From Tubiluchus corallicola (Eukaryota > Animalia > Priapulida): DNA of 64,000 bases. Where the stretch lies: positions 157,225-221,224 of the forward strand of contig JAQGDQ010000387.1 of NCBI GenBank assembly GCA_030141605.1. The letters run 5' to 3'. Made by a program: the position numbers and the translations under genes. Under the pieces are notes generated by a model. It was not told the origin of the DNA. It made no database searches and worked only from the letters and a program-made list of their open reading frames with translations. The stretch's first letter is position 1; every line of letters begins with the position of its first letter. This document shows positions 24,641 to 37,345 of this stretch, one piece after another.

Positions 24641-25553
24641 TGCGATATCCGTAAAATAACGAGATCCCGGAAACCAAGATATGAGTGTATGTTGATTTTA
24701 GTTTTGTTAACTGCAATAAATCTTATGTACTACTGAATTATTGTGTCGTTTTGCATTAGTTATACAGGGTGGACACAAAAAAGTTAGCCCGTTTTAAAAT
24801 GCCATAAAGCTTGCTATTAGGTTTAATCAAGGTTACTCAAGGAATTTAAAGTCCTATAAAAGTGTACAAATATCAAAAATTTAATAAACTTGTAATGCAT
24901 TGCTGAAATGAAGAAGTTCATTTGTTGAAGTTTGCTGAACAGTTAGGCTCTATCAAATACTCAATTAATGGTGCACGTTTGCAAAATGAAGTTAAGAATT
25001 GAGGAATTTCTGAGAAACTGTGGTGCTAATTAAAAAAGTTTTCATCTTCAAACGTTAGTAATGTCTTACTGTGCATTCAGACTAACAAGACTTCAGACTT
25101 TTTTCACTCAAGTTTCCTTCCTGGCATGAAACTCGTGCAAGTGTGAACTGTTTTGCGAGTTTATGTCGTCAAGAAATTGTTAACTTCGACAGTTACTTGG
25201 AGTTGATTTACTGTCTAGTGTGAACGCCTCAGCGAGTTAATCTCAGCACTTTTTACTGGGAACAGAAAAGTGTTACTACTGGAGAGTAACTCGCAGCAAT
25301 TTTTCTTGTCTAGTCTGAACATGCTTGCGAGTTATTGGTGAGAAAACTCACTAGTCTGAACATCCCATTAGTTTTCCCCTGCCAAGTTGTTTTGTGCAAA
25401 ATATTTTTACCGCTGCAAATATTTCTCTCATGTCAAGTCTTAATAGGCAATTTTCATTATTATTTCTATAACATCTTGCTCATTTCGCCCTTTTTAATGC
25501 CTGTGACACTGGTTTACTTGTGACCACGAAAATTTCTTATTTCTTTCTTATAG

Positions 25554-25603
25554 TTGACATTTTAGTTGCGATAAACAAAGTAGACAAGCCCGAAGCTGAT
25601 ATA
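25554..25603 (+). CDS. MTIF2: MTIF2 exon (DILVAINKVDKPEADI)
   Basis: G4 NKxD motif; tag acceptor, gtaagt donor. Confidence 0.93.
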
Positions 25604-25984
25604 GTAAGTACCGTGTTTATTAATTCTTTATTTTTATTTATTTAAAAAAATATTTTATAAATTTATGCTTTTAATATGCTGTTGATGTTGAATAGGTGAT
25701 AATTATTTTTGAGCTTTTTTGCATTGATACTCAACCTATTAAAATTAGAAACTGAAGTCCCGCTTCTATTAGTTTCACTTCTTTTTTGATAGTGTCTTGC
25801 TATTTTGGAATATATATGAAATGTATTCTGGCTAAGTGCTAAATGAATATTACAGCGGTCATGGAATATGCATGGTTTACAAGTTGAGCACTGCTTGGTC
25901 TACTTACTAAATGGGTGGGTGTTATGCATTGTGACACATAGAGACTTACTTCCGTGTTGCTAACGAGCTTGTTTTGCTTTGCAG

Positions 25985-26074
25985 GAAAGAACAAAGAGGG
26001 AACTACTTGCTCAGGGTGTGGAGCTCGAAGACTACGGAGGAGATGTCCAGTCAGTGGCCATTTCAGCTTTGAAA
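25985..26074 (+). CDS. MTIF2: MTIF2 exon (ERTKRELLAQGVELEDYGGDVQSVAISALK)
   Basis: G5 region; tttgcag acceptor, gtatgt donor. Confidence 0.95.
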
Positions 26075-26589
26075 GTATGTACATTTTAAAAGAAATGCAA
26101 GTGCTGAGAATATTAGAAAATCTGCCAAGTGAAACAAACGTATTTCTGTGTTTTGGTTAAAATAAAGTTCTGTAATTAGTGACCTGGAGGTTTGCATGTT
26201 TAGTCTCCTGAGATACCTTTCTACTTTTATAAATGTGGCATCCTATTGGGCTTTTTGTGCATTAAATTGCAACACTGATCGACCATTTTAAAACCAAAAG
26301 TAATCCTCTAGACGGTCTATTGAGTGTTTTATTGTTCATGCAGACAATTTGTTAGTAATAAAGCTCAAATTGGAAGTGTTATTAATTGATAATTTTTCAA
26401 TTTGACGTCTAATCGTAATTTAATCCACTACATTTTACTAGTTTGCATTTCGCATGGGCCATGAGTCTCAAATCTGAAATAGGGGATTTTTATAATTTGT
26501 TTGTTCAACCTTACACCTGAATACAAGATGGGCGAACCCAGCAGTTGCACTGGTCATATTTTGATGTATATGGATGTATGTTGTTTCGG

Positions 26590-26900
26590 TGCTTCTACAT
26601 TCTAAATAAACATGGCACGTTCCACTTGTTGACATGCCATACATTTCTGTCCACTGCCCCGCATGGTCACTCAAATCTAGAGTTGTATTTGCTAAATCTT
26701 TTTGCAGTATATTTATATACGTCATTAACTGACCTTCTCTCCACTTTTTTGTCGTTTTAAGAGTTTTACGTAAAGGTGATGAACTAGCCACTCAAATGCT
26801 AAATTGCATTTGTGTGGTAATAATTCTCTCACCTAAGCCGTTTTTGAAAAAAATAGGATGTTCTCCATTCAAGATTTTATTGTTTTGTCCTTCAGTTTAA
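26590..26900 (-). mobile_element. Highly decayed LINE (RTE-like) 3' remnant
   Basis: QKRLR..., SSPLRKTL..., GQLMTYINILQKDL resemble the RT C-terminal tail seen at 13800-14000. Confidence 0.4.
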
Positions 26901-26936
26901 GATCGGTTTTCCTTTAATTTTGCCTTGCATTGTTAG

Positions 26937-27064
26937 GGCACAGGTTTGGCTGAGTTGCAAGACGCTGTTTTAACTCAAGCTGAACTAATGGATCTGAAGG
27001 GTGATAATTCAGGACTGGCTGAGGGAATTGTGATCGAGTCAAGAACTGACCAAGCTCGTGGCGG
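26937..27064 (+). CDS. MTIF2: MTIF2 exon (GTGLAELQDAVLTQAELMDLKG...EGIVIESRTDQARG)
   Basis: IF2 homology; donor gtaaaa at 27065. Confidence 0.92.
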
Positions 27065-27249
27065 GTAAAAGTAGTTTTAAATTTCATTTTGAATGGACAT
27101 TTTTGATTTTTGTAGAGTAAAAATGATATGTGAAGATTTTAGTGCAAAAGAAGCTGTGGCCAGCAGGTTTTAAATAAGGATCATACCTCTCCCTCATAGT
27201 AAAAGGCACTCAACCATATTAATTCTATCTATTCTTCCAGGTAGATGTA

Positions 27250-27638
27250 CACTCATATTTCGGTTTGCCGACAAAAGCGTGGGTCTGTATTTTTCATTAC
27301 TAAGCTAATACGGTATTAGACACACGGTAATGTGGAATCAATCGCCTAATTGTCTCAAAAACGTCTAGTACAGGCCGCTCCTAGACAAAAGTATAGAAAA
27401 ACTGTCATCAGTTGACTCATATAACTCTGCATAATTGATTCTATATTTCTATATATAGAAATATACATGCGGCTACACTGATGTACGTGATGTAAACAAA
27501 GTGACGGCCCGCCAACTAGCGGTCAGCTCGCAAAACATCAGACTGTGTTCGCATTATGCGGAACTTTTAACGGACCAGATTTTGTCCGAATTTTCCAATA
27601 TGTATAAAATTCACATACGGCAAACCGAGACATGAGTG
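27250..27638. mobile_element. Tc1/mariner-type MITE with TA duplication
   Basis: TIRs cactcatatttcggtttgccg / cggcaaaccgagacatgagtg flanked by TA. A lone similar end lies at about 24668-24687. Confidence 0.85.
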
Positions 27639-29263
27639 TATTTATGAAAGAGACCCACATTATCATGTAGCCTGGTTTCTCCTGATTCTAAAGAGATATA
27701 AATTTTGCTCCGAGATGTGTGACCATGTTCCACTAAACTGTTTACATGGAGTTCCGGCAATAAACAAGAAATGAACATTTTTAAATGTTTTTTTTGCCCA
27801 CCATTCCTTAATTAACATCGTGAGTAATAAAGCCAAATTTTAATTGTTTTTCATCTAATAGTTTCCAGTTTGACTCTGGCCAAAATTTAGACACAAGTGT
27901 TCGCTAGATTTCTTGCATGTAGACGTCATATTGCAGAAAACATCTGTCAAGAACTATGCCGGTATGGCATATCCCAAGTTAAGGTGTTTTTACTCTGTTT
28001 ACATGAATCGTTGTGGTTCTTGCAAACCTTGCAAACTGGTTCTCGAATGTAAACGTAATGTTAAATTTGCATCGTAATCAATTACACATGTAATTGTCAT
28101 TCACGTCTCTAGTATAGCTAGCAACGTGTCCAACTGGCCATGTAATTAGATGAATTAGGGTTTTGTCATAGATCCATATATAGTAATTTTTCTGCGCAAA
28201 AGGCCTAGCTAGCCAAGGGTCACATAGCGTTGACAATCGCTGTTGCTCCTTTGCTCATTATCAAGGATGACCATGAGCACAATATAATAGGCATGTCTAA
28301 GGTCTTTTTGTATTAGACTTAATGTATACATTTAATGTAATCATGTCGTAATTTTGTCATATTCTTTTCTCTTTACTAAAACATAGAACTAAAATGAAGG
28401 TTTCTTATAATAGACCAGTAAACCTTTATTACTAAACGTGTACTATTTACTCTTGTTTCATAATCATTGTAAATATCATAATTGTAAAAATGTAATATTC
28501 AGCAATAATTATGCGCATATTTTAATTATTTGTTCTTATTTTTGATAGAATAGAAAAAGTACATACATGTAGAAAATTGCTGCAAAGTATACTCAATTCA
28601 GTATTTGCTTTGCAGCGAAAATGCAAAGGTAATTGAATTCAAGGCATTCAGTCGCTCAAGTTTTGCCCTCCCACCTATTTTTACAAAAATTCAAACTTTT
28701 TACATAAAGCTAAAAAGTTAAAAACATTCAATTAAATCGTAAAAATCAGATAAAATATTTTTGAAGAATAAAAACTAACCATTCATCGTAATAAAATTAA
28801 GTGTTTTCGACAACTTCCTAGTGACGCTTGGTGGGATCACAGAGGGAAATTTAAAATTTTTGAAATTGCCTCTTCCAGGACAAAGGGCTACATAGACATA
28901 GACATTTATTTTCTCCAAATGTGTCATAAATTTCCATTTTATGAGAAAATAACTTTATCCGTGGAGATGGGGCGAGGAAAGACCGTAGGTCATCTAGTCA
29001 GCAACCCCTTATAATTTAATATTCTAATAGCACAAAAAAGAATCGATGACACTGGATGCAATTATTGTTAATTACGTAAATAAAATAATCAAAATAAAGC
29101 AATAACAAAAAGAAAAATATAAAAACAAACATAACAACAATGGCGTAACTGAAAAAAAAGAATAATAATAAATGAAGATGATGAATAAGTATCACAAAAA
29201 TTAGTTACGAATTAAATAAAATACTAATGTACAACTGTGTTAACAGTAACATCATTTTTGCAG

Positions 29264-29342
29264 AAAATTGGCAACAATATTGGTACAAAGAGGAACTCTT
29301 AAAAAGGGTAACATCTTGGTAGCAGGCACCAGTATGGCTAAG
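29264..29342 (+). CDS. MTIF2: MTIF2 exon (KLATILVQRGTLKKGNILVAGTSMAK)
   Basis: IF2 domain II motif; tttttgcag acceptor, gtaagt donor. Confidence 0.95.
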
Positions 29343-30237
29343 GTAAGTGTATGATTTTTTTGAAGACATAAACTAGTTTCTGGTTATAAATTGCCAAAAT
29401 TCTCAACAGTGAAAACTAGAAAAATATTTGTAAGTACAAAAAAAATTTTTGTCGTTAATTCCTTCAGAACCTTGTCATTCAGAATAGGTCTTATAAGACC
29501 TATGACTTTTCTGCTATTGTGTAAACACAGACATAACTAAATGATTACAAATTAAGTATTGTTCTATTCAGGAGAATCTCAGCTATCCAATCATCCTATT
29601 TATTTGAACATTTATATATGATTTAATTTGATAAAATAAAGAAAAACACGCCCTTTTCAGGCACTCCAACTTAGCTTATTAAGTAGCTTAGTCTAGTATA
29701 CACTTGCGTGATCGTACACACTAATTTATTGATCACTTGCTTGCTAGAGCCCAAGCTGTGCAGTGTTCTGCTGCTATTCCAGGAAAAACCAACTGATCAG
29801 CCTGGGACAAATTAAAGTCGTTTCATCTTCTGACAGGAATTTCTCCTTAAAAATGGAGTAGACTTGAGTCCAAAGTGTGCCTGAGTGTTGCGTCTGGATT
29901 GCTGAAATTATCTGTATTAGGTCATTTCACAAGTAATACTGTACTTTGTTGCAGTGCAAACATTGCAGTTACTGAAAGGTTTTTTCTATTTATTCGTCAA
30001 AAATCTATTTTTAATTTGCTTAAAACAAATGCATTTCGTATATAATTTTGCATGAAGGTCCATTGTGTGAGGAGTAGAAACCTACAAAAATTATCAAATA
30101 TACTATAATCATTGCTTAGTGAGAGCAGTTTCTGTGCAAAATGCAGCAAATTCTTACGGTTCTGAAGGAGTTAAGGAGCATCTTATAAGCCGTAACCATA
30201 AATCACTTGCGGTTAAAAATTACCAAAATCATTTTAG

Positions 30238-30363
30238 GTTAGGTTAATGCTCGATGATACGGGAGAATCCGTAATTTCTGCACCGCCGAGCACACCCGTG
30301 GAGGTTACTGGATGGAGGGAACTACCACATCCTGGTGATGAGGTATTACAAGTGGAATCTGAG
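30238..30363 (+). CDS. MTIF2: MTIF2 exon (VRLMLDDTG...PSTPVEVTGWRELPHPGDEVLQVESE)
   Basis: IF2 homology; ttttag acceptor, gtatga donor. Confidence 0.94.
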
Positions 30364-31238
30364 GTATGAGTGCAGTGTAGCAATTTTATGGAAACTCAAA
30401 CTTACCTCAATCATCTGTTATACAAGAAACATTTAGTCTGCAGCAACAAGCTTAAGATGTTTTAATTAGAAATTTAAAACTGAAGTGATCTGGCGAAAAC
30501 ATGGCTGTCAAAAACATGAAATACTTGGTTGTCACTGAAGTGAAAACTTAATGCACAAAAGAACACCCTTCATAAATAAAACTTAAAAAATTTGTCTTCA
30601 AATTTTATATCACCTACATGTTGCCTTATTGTGCACAGAGGTTCTGTTAGCAGTAACGCTGTATAAAACTTGCAAATTTAAATTCCTGTGACGACTGTTA
30701 GGCACAGCCATTTTAACAATAAGTCATTTAAGTTTAGACAATATTGCATAAAGTTTGAAAACGTAATCACAGCATTCGTAGCACACACTTTACTAACTAA
30801 GCAAAAGTATAATACTTTATCTTGTCAATAAGATCAATAATGTGCCTTTTGGTGAATCAGTGGTGCACACTGGGATGGTGATGCAGTGCTCTTTTACCAG
30901 GTGGCATGCAGGTTTTAGACAGTTAAGCGTAATGTTAAGTAATATAACTTTGTATGGAAAGTTTTTTGAGACATATTTTAAAATTATTTTTTCTTTTCTT
31001 TAAACTTTCCATTTATAATTAGCTGTTTCACACTATTCTGAGCTTTTATATTTCATTTTTCGAAGTTTTTACAGAATATAATACTATTCGTAGTAAGTTG
31101 AACTTCTGTATTTGACTAAACAACTTTTGTTTTGGTTCTGTGACAAAGATATCAAACACGTTTTTAAGACATGCAAATGATCAAACTTTAGATGCCAAAT
31201 TATCTTAAAAAATTGCTAAGTATCGTTTCTTACTTCAG

Positions 31239-31345
31239 TCCAGAGCAAGAGACGTGATCAAGTATCGACAGGGCAAGGCAATGGAGGAGAAAATGGAGAA
31301 AGATGCTGTTGTCATTGGACAGAAAGTGCAGGAGCATCAACGTTG
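31239..31345 (+). CDS. MTIF2: MTIF2 exon (SRARDVIKYRQ...QEHQR)
   Basis: cttcag acceptor, gtatgc donor; phases consistent. Confidence 0.88.
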
Positions 31346-31667
31346 GTATGCTGTGCGACAGCCTTGAATTGCCCTTGTTTTATTGCATTGCCGGGCTTGA
31401 ACATTTTGCTAGCTAAAACTGTAGTGATTTAGATTTTTATAAGAAGAAAAATATATGTTTAAAAAATATATAAGCATTATATATTTGGTACAGAATGAAT
31501 TTTACTAGAAAATTTATTATCATTACAGAATGAATTTTACCAGAAAATGTGTGCTAAATCAAATGTGTTTATTTCTTTGGCTTCTTCAAAGCTTATAGTG
31601 TTAACCTAAAATGATATGATGTAGTATGCCAGATTTTAGCTCCATGATTGCAGTGTCTGATTTGCAG

Positions 31668-31786
31668 GTATCAAGCCGAACTGGAGAAAAAACGTGCCAT
31701 TGGCAGGCGAAAGCGTTTCCGTGATCCACGGAGAGAGAAAGAGTCGGTAGAACGAACGAAACCCCATCTTGGGATCATAATTCGTG
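31668..31786 (+). CDS. MTIF2: MTIF2 exon (YQAELEKKRAIGRRKRF...PHLGIIIR)
   Basis: tttgcag acceptor, gtgtgt donor; leads into GDVDGS. Confidence 0.88.
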
Positions 31787-31974
31787 GTGTGTTGATAATT
31801 TTTTATATATAAATTTCAGAAGAGTTGGCATTTTGGCACTTCGTTCGTCTAGTTTTTGTTTCTTTAGACGTTTCGGTACGATTAGTGGTTTAGTTAAAAA
31901 AATCACGAAGTTTAGCAATGCTCCAGGTCTGTCACAACGCAATAACAGAAGGCCCTGCCAGTCACATTTCAGTA

Positions 31975-32629
31975 CAGTAAGTTTTCGCTAAAAGACTCCC
32001 TGTTTAGCGATGTTTCGTTTTAGCAATGCTAATCGTTTGATTACTTTTCTCGCTTAACATCGTATGCTTTATTGTAACGCTAGTTTTTTTGCTTTACTTT
32101 GAGCACTAAAATCTTCTTCACTGGGCTTCTACTCTATCAAGAAGCCCGTCACTTGACCCAGATCACCGTAGCAGAACTAAACTGACAGCAGACAATCAGC
32201 TACAGCTATAGGCAGGCCACGATGATTCGTTGCTTTCCCACATTTAGATAAAATTCTTTTCAATAAAACGCGAGAGTTTCAGCTGATAAAATTCTCTCCT
32301 GCTACATAGTTAATTGCTGCGTTCACCTCATTTGCATTTTAGCTGCCACAAACACAGCACTTGTAATATTTTAATTAAAGAAACGCTGTAGAACTGTAAG
32401 TAATAAACCATACAAAGTGTTTAATTTCTTAACCAAAACTTATTGATTTTTCTCCTGCATGCAAACTGAACCTTTTAACATAGTCATGCTCAGTTGTTTT
32501 CGCCTCTCTGCAATCAACTGGATGTTTTAACATGGCCAAGCACTAGTGATTTTTGCTCTTGAAATGCAACTAAATGCTTTTACATTGTTTCTTATGGAAC
32601 ACATTACCGCCGAAAGCAAAAATGTACTG
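31975..32629. mobile_element. Tigger-like MITE, same family as 11039-11764, inverted
   Basis: The first ~60 bp are the reverse complement of 11701-11764; tacagt...actgta termini. Confidence 0.7.
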
Positions 32630-33307
32630 TACCAACATGCAACGAGCCTGTTATCTGGGGAACTGTCCTCTTACAATCCTGTAAAATGTTCCTGGTGAGG
32701 ACTAAAAATGAAAGAGTTTTGGAAATGTATGGCAACCAGGAGTGGGAAGTGGTTCATTTTTCCACATGCTGGATAATTCTTTGTAGTTGTTTTGATTAGT
32801 GATGGATAGTTGTTTTGATTAGTGATGTACAGCTTTAGCTCAAAAGACTCGCCCAAAAACTAATTTGCCTTTCCTACCACTTCGCGACGAAGAAAAATAT
32901 CTAGTAGAAATTATTTTAGGATTATCATTGAAAATTTTTAGAGATGCGTATTCTTACTTGGCTCGGAAGATATTGGTCCTAACTTTTTGCTTGTGGAATT
33001 TTTTCTTGGCTGAGTTAGATCATATCCTCTTTCATTTTGCTAAACTACAAGCTTACTGAGGTCAATTACTTTACTTTTGCTATGAACAAAAATTAATAAA
33101 ATTGTAATTTAAAAGCGATAATTTTAGAAAAGCTTTCATATGATATCGAAATTACCTCAGTAGACTATATTATAAAGTAGATATCTGCAAATAGTTTGTG
33201 AAGTTGCTTTTACGAATTTGGACCAAAAACAGCAAAATGTGAGCAAAATCTTGATTTGCAAAATACAAAAACATATTTAATAAACTTATACCACCTTTGT
33301 CTTACAG

Positions 33308-33445
33308 GTGATGTGGATGGGTCAGTTGAAGCTCTCCTAGATGTGCTGACAACATACAAGTCGAACAAATGTGATTTGGACATCGTGAATTTCGGTGTAG
33401 GACCTGTGACTGAGACAGACCTTGAATTAGCGCAGACATTTAATG
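33308..33445 (+). CDS. MTIF2: MTIF2 exon (GDVDGSVEALLD...FGVGPVTETDLELAQTFN)
   Basis: IF2 domain III motif with splice sites. Confidence 0.96.
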
Positions 33446-34186
33446 GTATGTAAAATGGCGAAGCGCAGTTTCTAGATTTGTCCAGTATCTTATCGAATTT
33501 TTGTGCAAAATTGTTTGTGTGTCATTCATAATATCAAAGGTTGAATCATCGGGAGTGACGAATGTTGTCAGAAGCAGTTGTTCCATTTTTCTTTATTTTG
33601 CTGTATTTCTTCACTTTTTTATTAGATTTTGAGTGGTCAATCTTAAAAAACTGAGACTCCATTAGTAGCCTCTCTATATTTGTTAAGCTGTAACACTAAA
33701 CTAGTACTGTAGGGAAATATTTATCATTCAGAATAAATAGATAGATAAATATGTAAATATATTTTTAAATTTTTACTCCATTAACATGTTATGTGTGCAA
33801 ATTTTTCTCTTCTGATCATCAGTTTTTCTTTTGATCGTCAAGAGTTCTAACACACGTAGACCCATGTTATATAGAGAAAATTACTCCAGTCAGTGAGTTG
33901 CTTTGCTAAACAAAATCAGAACGTCCAGCGTGAAATCCGAACCTGCAGCTTTCGGATCACCGTTCAAGCATCTAATTGAGCTAGTTTTCGTAGAATACTT
34001 ATCCAGTGCTGCACTGGTGCAAAATTCATAGGAAAACCTGTGGAGGTTTTAGTCCCATTTGCAAAGAAATTGGGAAAAAACGCCAAATCTATAGTAGCTC
34101 AGTTTACTTCAAACCTCTCATTAGTTGCAAAATAATATTTGTTGTCTTATCCTAACTATTTGTCTTCACGTTGTTGTGTCTTCTAG

Positions 34187-34351
34187 GCGTGATTTATGCA
34201 TTTAATGTAACGGTACCTGAGCTCATCTTGCAAAGGGCAGAGGAGTTGGAAATACCTTTACGCAATGAAAACGTCATCTACAAACTGATAGATTTACTCA
34301 GAGAAGATCTAAACAGTCGGCTGCCACAAGTGGAGAAGCAGGAAGTGATCG
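34187..34351 (+). CDS. MTIF2: MTIF2 exon (GVIYAFNV...NVIYKLIDLLREDL...EVI)
   Basis: IF2 domain III motif with splice sites. Confidence 0.95.
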
Positions 34352-34889
34352 GTAGGTACTGGGTATCCTGTTTGGCAAATGATTCTGCGATAACTTAAAT
34401 TATTTGGCTTTGAGAACTAGATATTTCTGTGCACATAGAGCACGTTATATTGGAGGCAGTTGTAAAACCATTTCTTTTGCAACTAAAGACAATTTCTGTG
34501 AAACAGTAAGCTTAGTGGCACGCTTACTAACGTTTTGCGATATCATATCCCGTTTTCAGTCTGTAAAATTAACATACCAATGATGCAGCATTTAAATTTT
34601 AGTAGATGTTGTTCTAGCAGATTGACAGATTTAGTCATTCTTTTCTCAAGTAGTAAAAGCTATGAAGTGAAAACAACAGCATTATAGCATTAAAAATTTT
34701 ATATGCATAGTTTACATTGTCAGTCTACCAGCAGTACGATCTATCAAAATTCAATTTTCTACGATGTTGTTAATGTAATGTTACATCCATTACGATTTAA
34801 GAAAGGGATATACAGGAAATATTAAGAGTTTAATGAAAAAGAGCGACATAGCGAGGGGTTTGGCCACCCTGTGATGTAGCCAAATTGCC

Positions 34890-35100
34890 TGCCCCCTCCT
34901 TAAGTGTAACACACCTGACACGTATATGAAGATACTTATTCATACAAAGCTAAGGTATTTATTTTTAACAAAAATGTGAAAAACGTGAATGCCCCCTCCG
35001 TAAATGTAACACACCTTCGGTCATTACTAACACACGTATATGAAGATACTTATTCATATAAAGACTAAGGTATTTTTTCTTAACGAAAATATGAAAAACA
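34890..35100. repeat. Imperfect direct duplication of about 100 bp
   Basis: gccccctcc..tgtaacacacct..acacgtatatgaagatacttattcata..aaag..ctaaggtatt occurs twice in tandem. Confidence 0.8.
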
Positions 35101-35555
35101 CTAAAAACATTGCACAACTAGATTATAACTTTCTGACTTTTCGAATTGTAAAGTCTTTTATGATCTCATCAACAGTAAGTGATTTGGTATATTCTCTTTC
35201 AATTGAAAGAATCACTAAGCTAGTGAGTCTATGACTGCTAACAGTTGTGCGAAGATAATTCATTATTAATTTCAACTTAGAAAAACTTCACTCCCAGCTA
35301 ACCACACTCTCAGCTTTTGCCAAAAATATACTCAATAATGTCATCAAGTCTGGCGTCAGATTTTGAAAACCATATTTGATGGTGGACCTTCTTTCCAATT
35401 TTTGATGCTGTATGCCCTGTAGTACTGGCCGCCCTGTGCTGTCCGCACACCCCGCACACCCCACGCTACGCCACTGACTCACACTTACAATTATTACCTG
35501 GATGCCTAACATGTTTCCTATAATACGCTTTCTTATTTCAATGTATCTACTTCAG

Positions 35556-35699
35556 GAAAAGCCAACGTTCTACAGGAGTTTCTCATCAGAGTAAGGAATA
35601 AGAAAGTTCCTGTGGCCGGGTGTCGCTGTGCAAGCGGGAATTTGATGAAGAAACAACACCTGTTCAGATTGACGAGAGGAGATGAGGTCGTTCACGAAG
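35556..35699 (+). CDS. MTIF2: MTIF2 exon (GKANVLQEF...VPVAGCRC...FRLTRGDEVVHE)
   Basis: IF2 C2 domain VAGC motif; cttcag acceptor, gtgagt donor. Confidence 0.94.
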
Positions 35700-36661
35700 G
35701 TGAGTTCATTAGTAAGTATTAAGTATTCGACACTATTTGTTGTTTTTGCTTTGACAGAACCTAGCTGTGCGACATTTTGCAAAACTGTGATCACCACACA
35801 ATTAATTTTCTGTCTGCTGGCAGAAAATTAGTTTATTTTAAGAAGACTTTACAAACCTCTGAGCAGTTTGCATCCTCAAGCATTGGATGACAGGTTGTTC
35901 ACACTATTATTATTCATTTTTCTATCCCATCTGTGTATGTTATTCTATGTGTTTTTTAACATTTCCAGTTGCATTTTAAATAATGGTACAAATTTTGCAT
36001 TATATTCTGTAAACAAGGTTTTATTTATGCAGTTTATTTTTTATTTTATTTTTTATTGACATTTATACATGTAATAAAACAGTACAAAAGAAAGAAATCG
36101 GCAGACACAAACACACTGATTCTATATAGTACAAAAAATGGTGCACAAAAATAAATATGTCAGTAATACACTAAAATTGTTTACATCTCACTAAAAAACC
36201 TACTTTAAAATGTAACTAAATATAAATTACCTACACTATACACTTGTATATACACAGTTATATACAATAATACGATATGGATGGAACCAGTTAGTTGGCA
36301 ATCATACACATGTTTCAAATAAAGTTACAACAAGGCAGTAAATATTTAACGTTAGTAGTAGTGAATTGCTAAAAAATTATTAACTAGTAGTAATTAGTAG
36401 TACCAACTACATGTGAGTCCAGAGCATTCCAAATGTTTACAACTCTGTTAGCTAAAGAGAATTTGAGATGTTTAATCTCGAAAAACATGTAAACAGTTTA
36501 AAGTTGTGATTACGTAACTCACTGGTTAAAGCATACTGAAATAATCGTCCAAATTTAAACTTGCCATTCTATGACAAATTTTGCACAATTGCAAATTTTT
36601 TGTCGGTTGGTTAAAAAAGTAAACTTAAACAGCAACCGTCATCATCATCATCATCATCTAG

Positions 36662-36834
36662 GTCCGATAATCTCCCTGAAGCATTTCAAGAACGAGGTGG
36701 ATTCCATAAAAACCGACACGGAGTGCGGAATCATGATGGAGAACAGCGAAGTCCGGTTCCAACCCGGTGACGTCATTCTCTGCTACCGGACTTACTATGT
36801 TGACGACGAAATTGATTGGGATGCGGGTTTCTGA
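36662..36834 (+). CDS. MTIF2: MTIF2 last coding exon (SLKHFKNEVDSIKTDTECGI...IDWDAGF*)
   Basis: SLKHxK and ECG motifs plus the mtIF2-type W-D-x-G-F terminus. Confidence 0.95.
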
Positions 36835-37345
36835 CGTCAGCGTTTCACTAGGAAGATTGGTTGGTGTTAATTCATCATTTTTGTACATAATTTATGTTAC
36901 ATTCTCATGATATCGTATTGCGACCTAACATCTCATTTAGGTCATGTGGTTATAGTAATTTACGTAATTTATATTGTTTCAAATTTTCTTTTGCCCAACT
37001 GTGAAACCAGAATGAGAAATCGTCTGACTTGGAATTGAAAATCTGTAATCAGAAAAATGCTTGTAATTTTCACCAATTTTCTGGAATGTTTTCCGGATTA
37101 TGCAATTATTTTTCAGTGCACTTGTAAGCCTTTACTAAGCTTCTGTCAACAAGCCTAGTTATTGTAGATGTGCCAGTCTTTTGTTTATTCATGCTGAACT
37201 TTTCAATTTTTTCATGCTAAAGGTTTTGGAAATGTGCTATGCTCAGTGCAGTCATATTATTATTGTTGATAATTATTATTATTAGCGTGATGATCTCGAA
37301 AATTATTGTTTTCCATGCTGAAATCTGTAGTCTACTTGGTTCAGT

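Larger units (their letters stand above)
17561..36834 (+). other. MTIF2: Mitochondrial translation initiation factor IF-2 gene span, 18 coding exons, about 730 aa
   Basis: The exons sum to 2193 nt in one frame. G1 GHVDHGKT, G2 [11 protein letters not shown]3 DTPGH, G4 NKVD, G5 ISALK, GDVDGSVEA, C-terminal ECGI; basic N-terminal transit-like peptide. Confidence 0.95.

Noticed and set aside
36640-36657. HHHHHH resembling a synthetic His-tag in ORF 36571-36834
   Set aside because: It is an intronic (CAT)n repeat upstream of the splice acceptor at 36660-36661.
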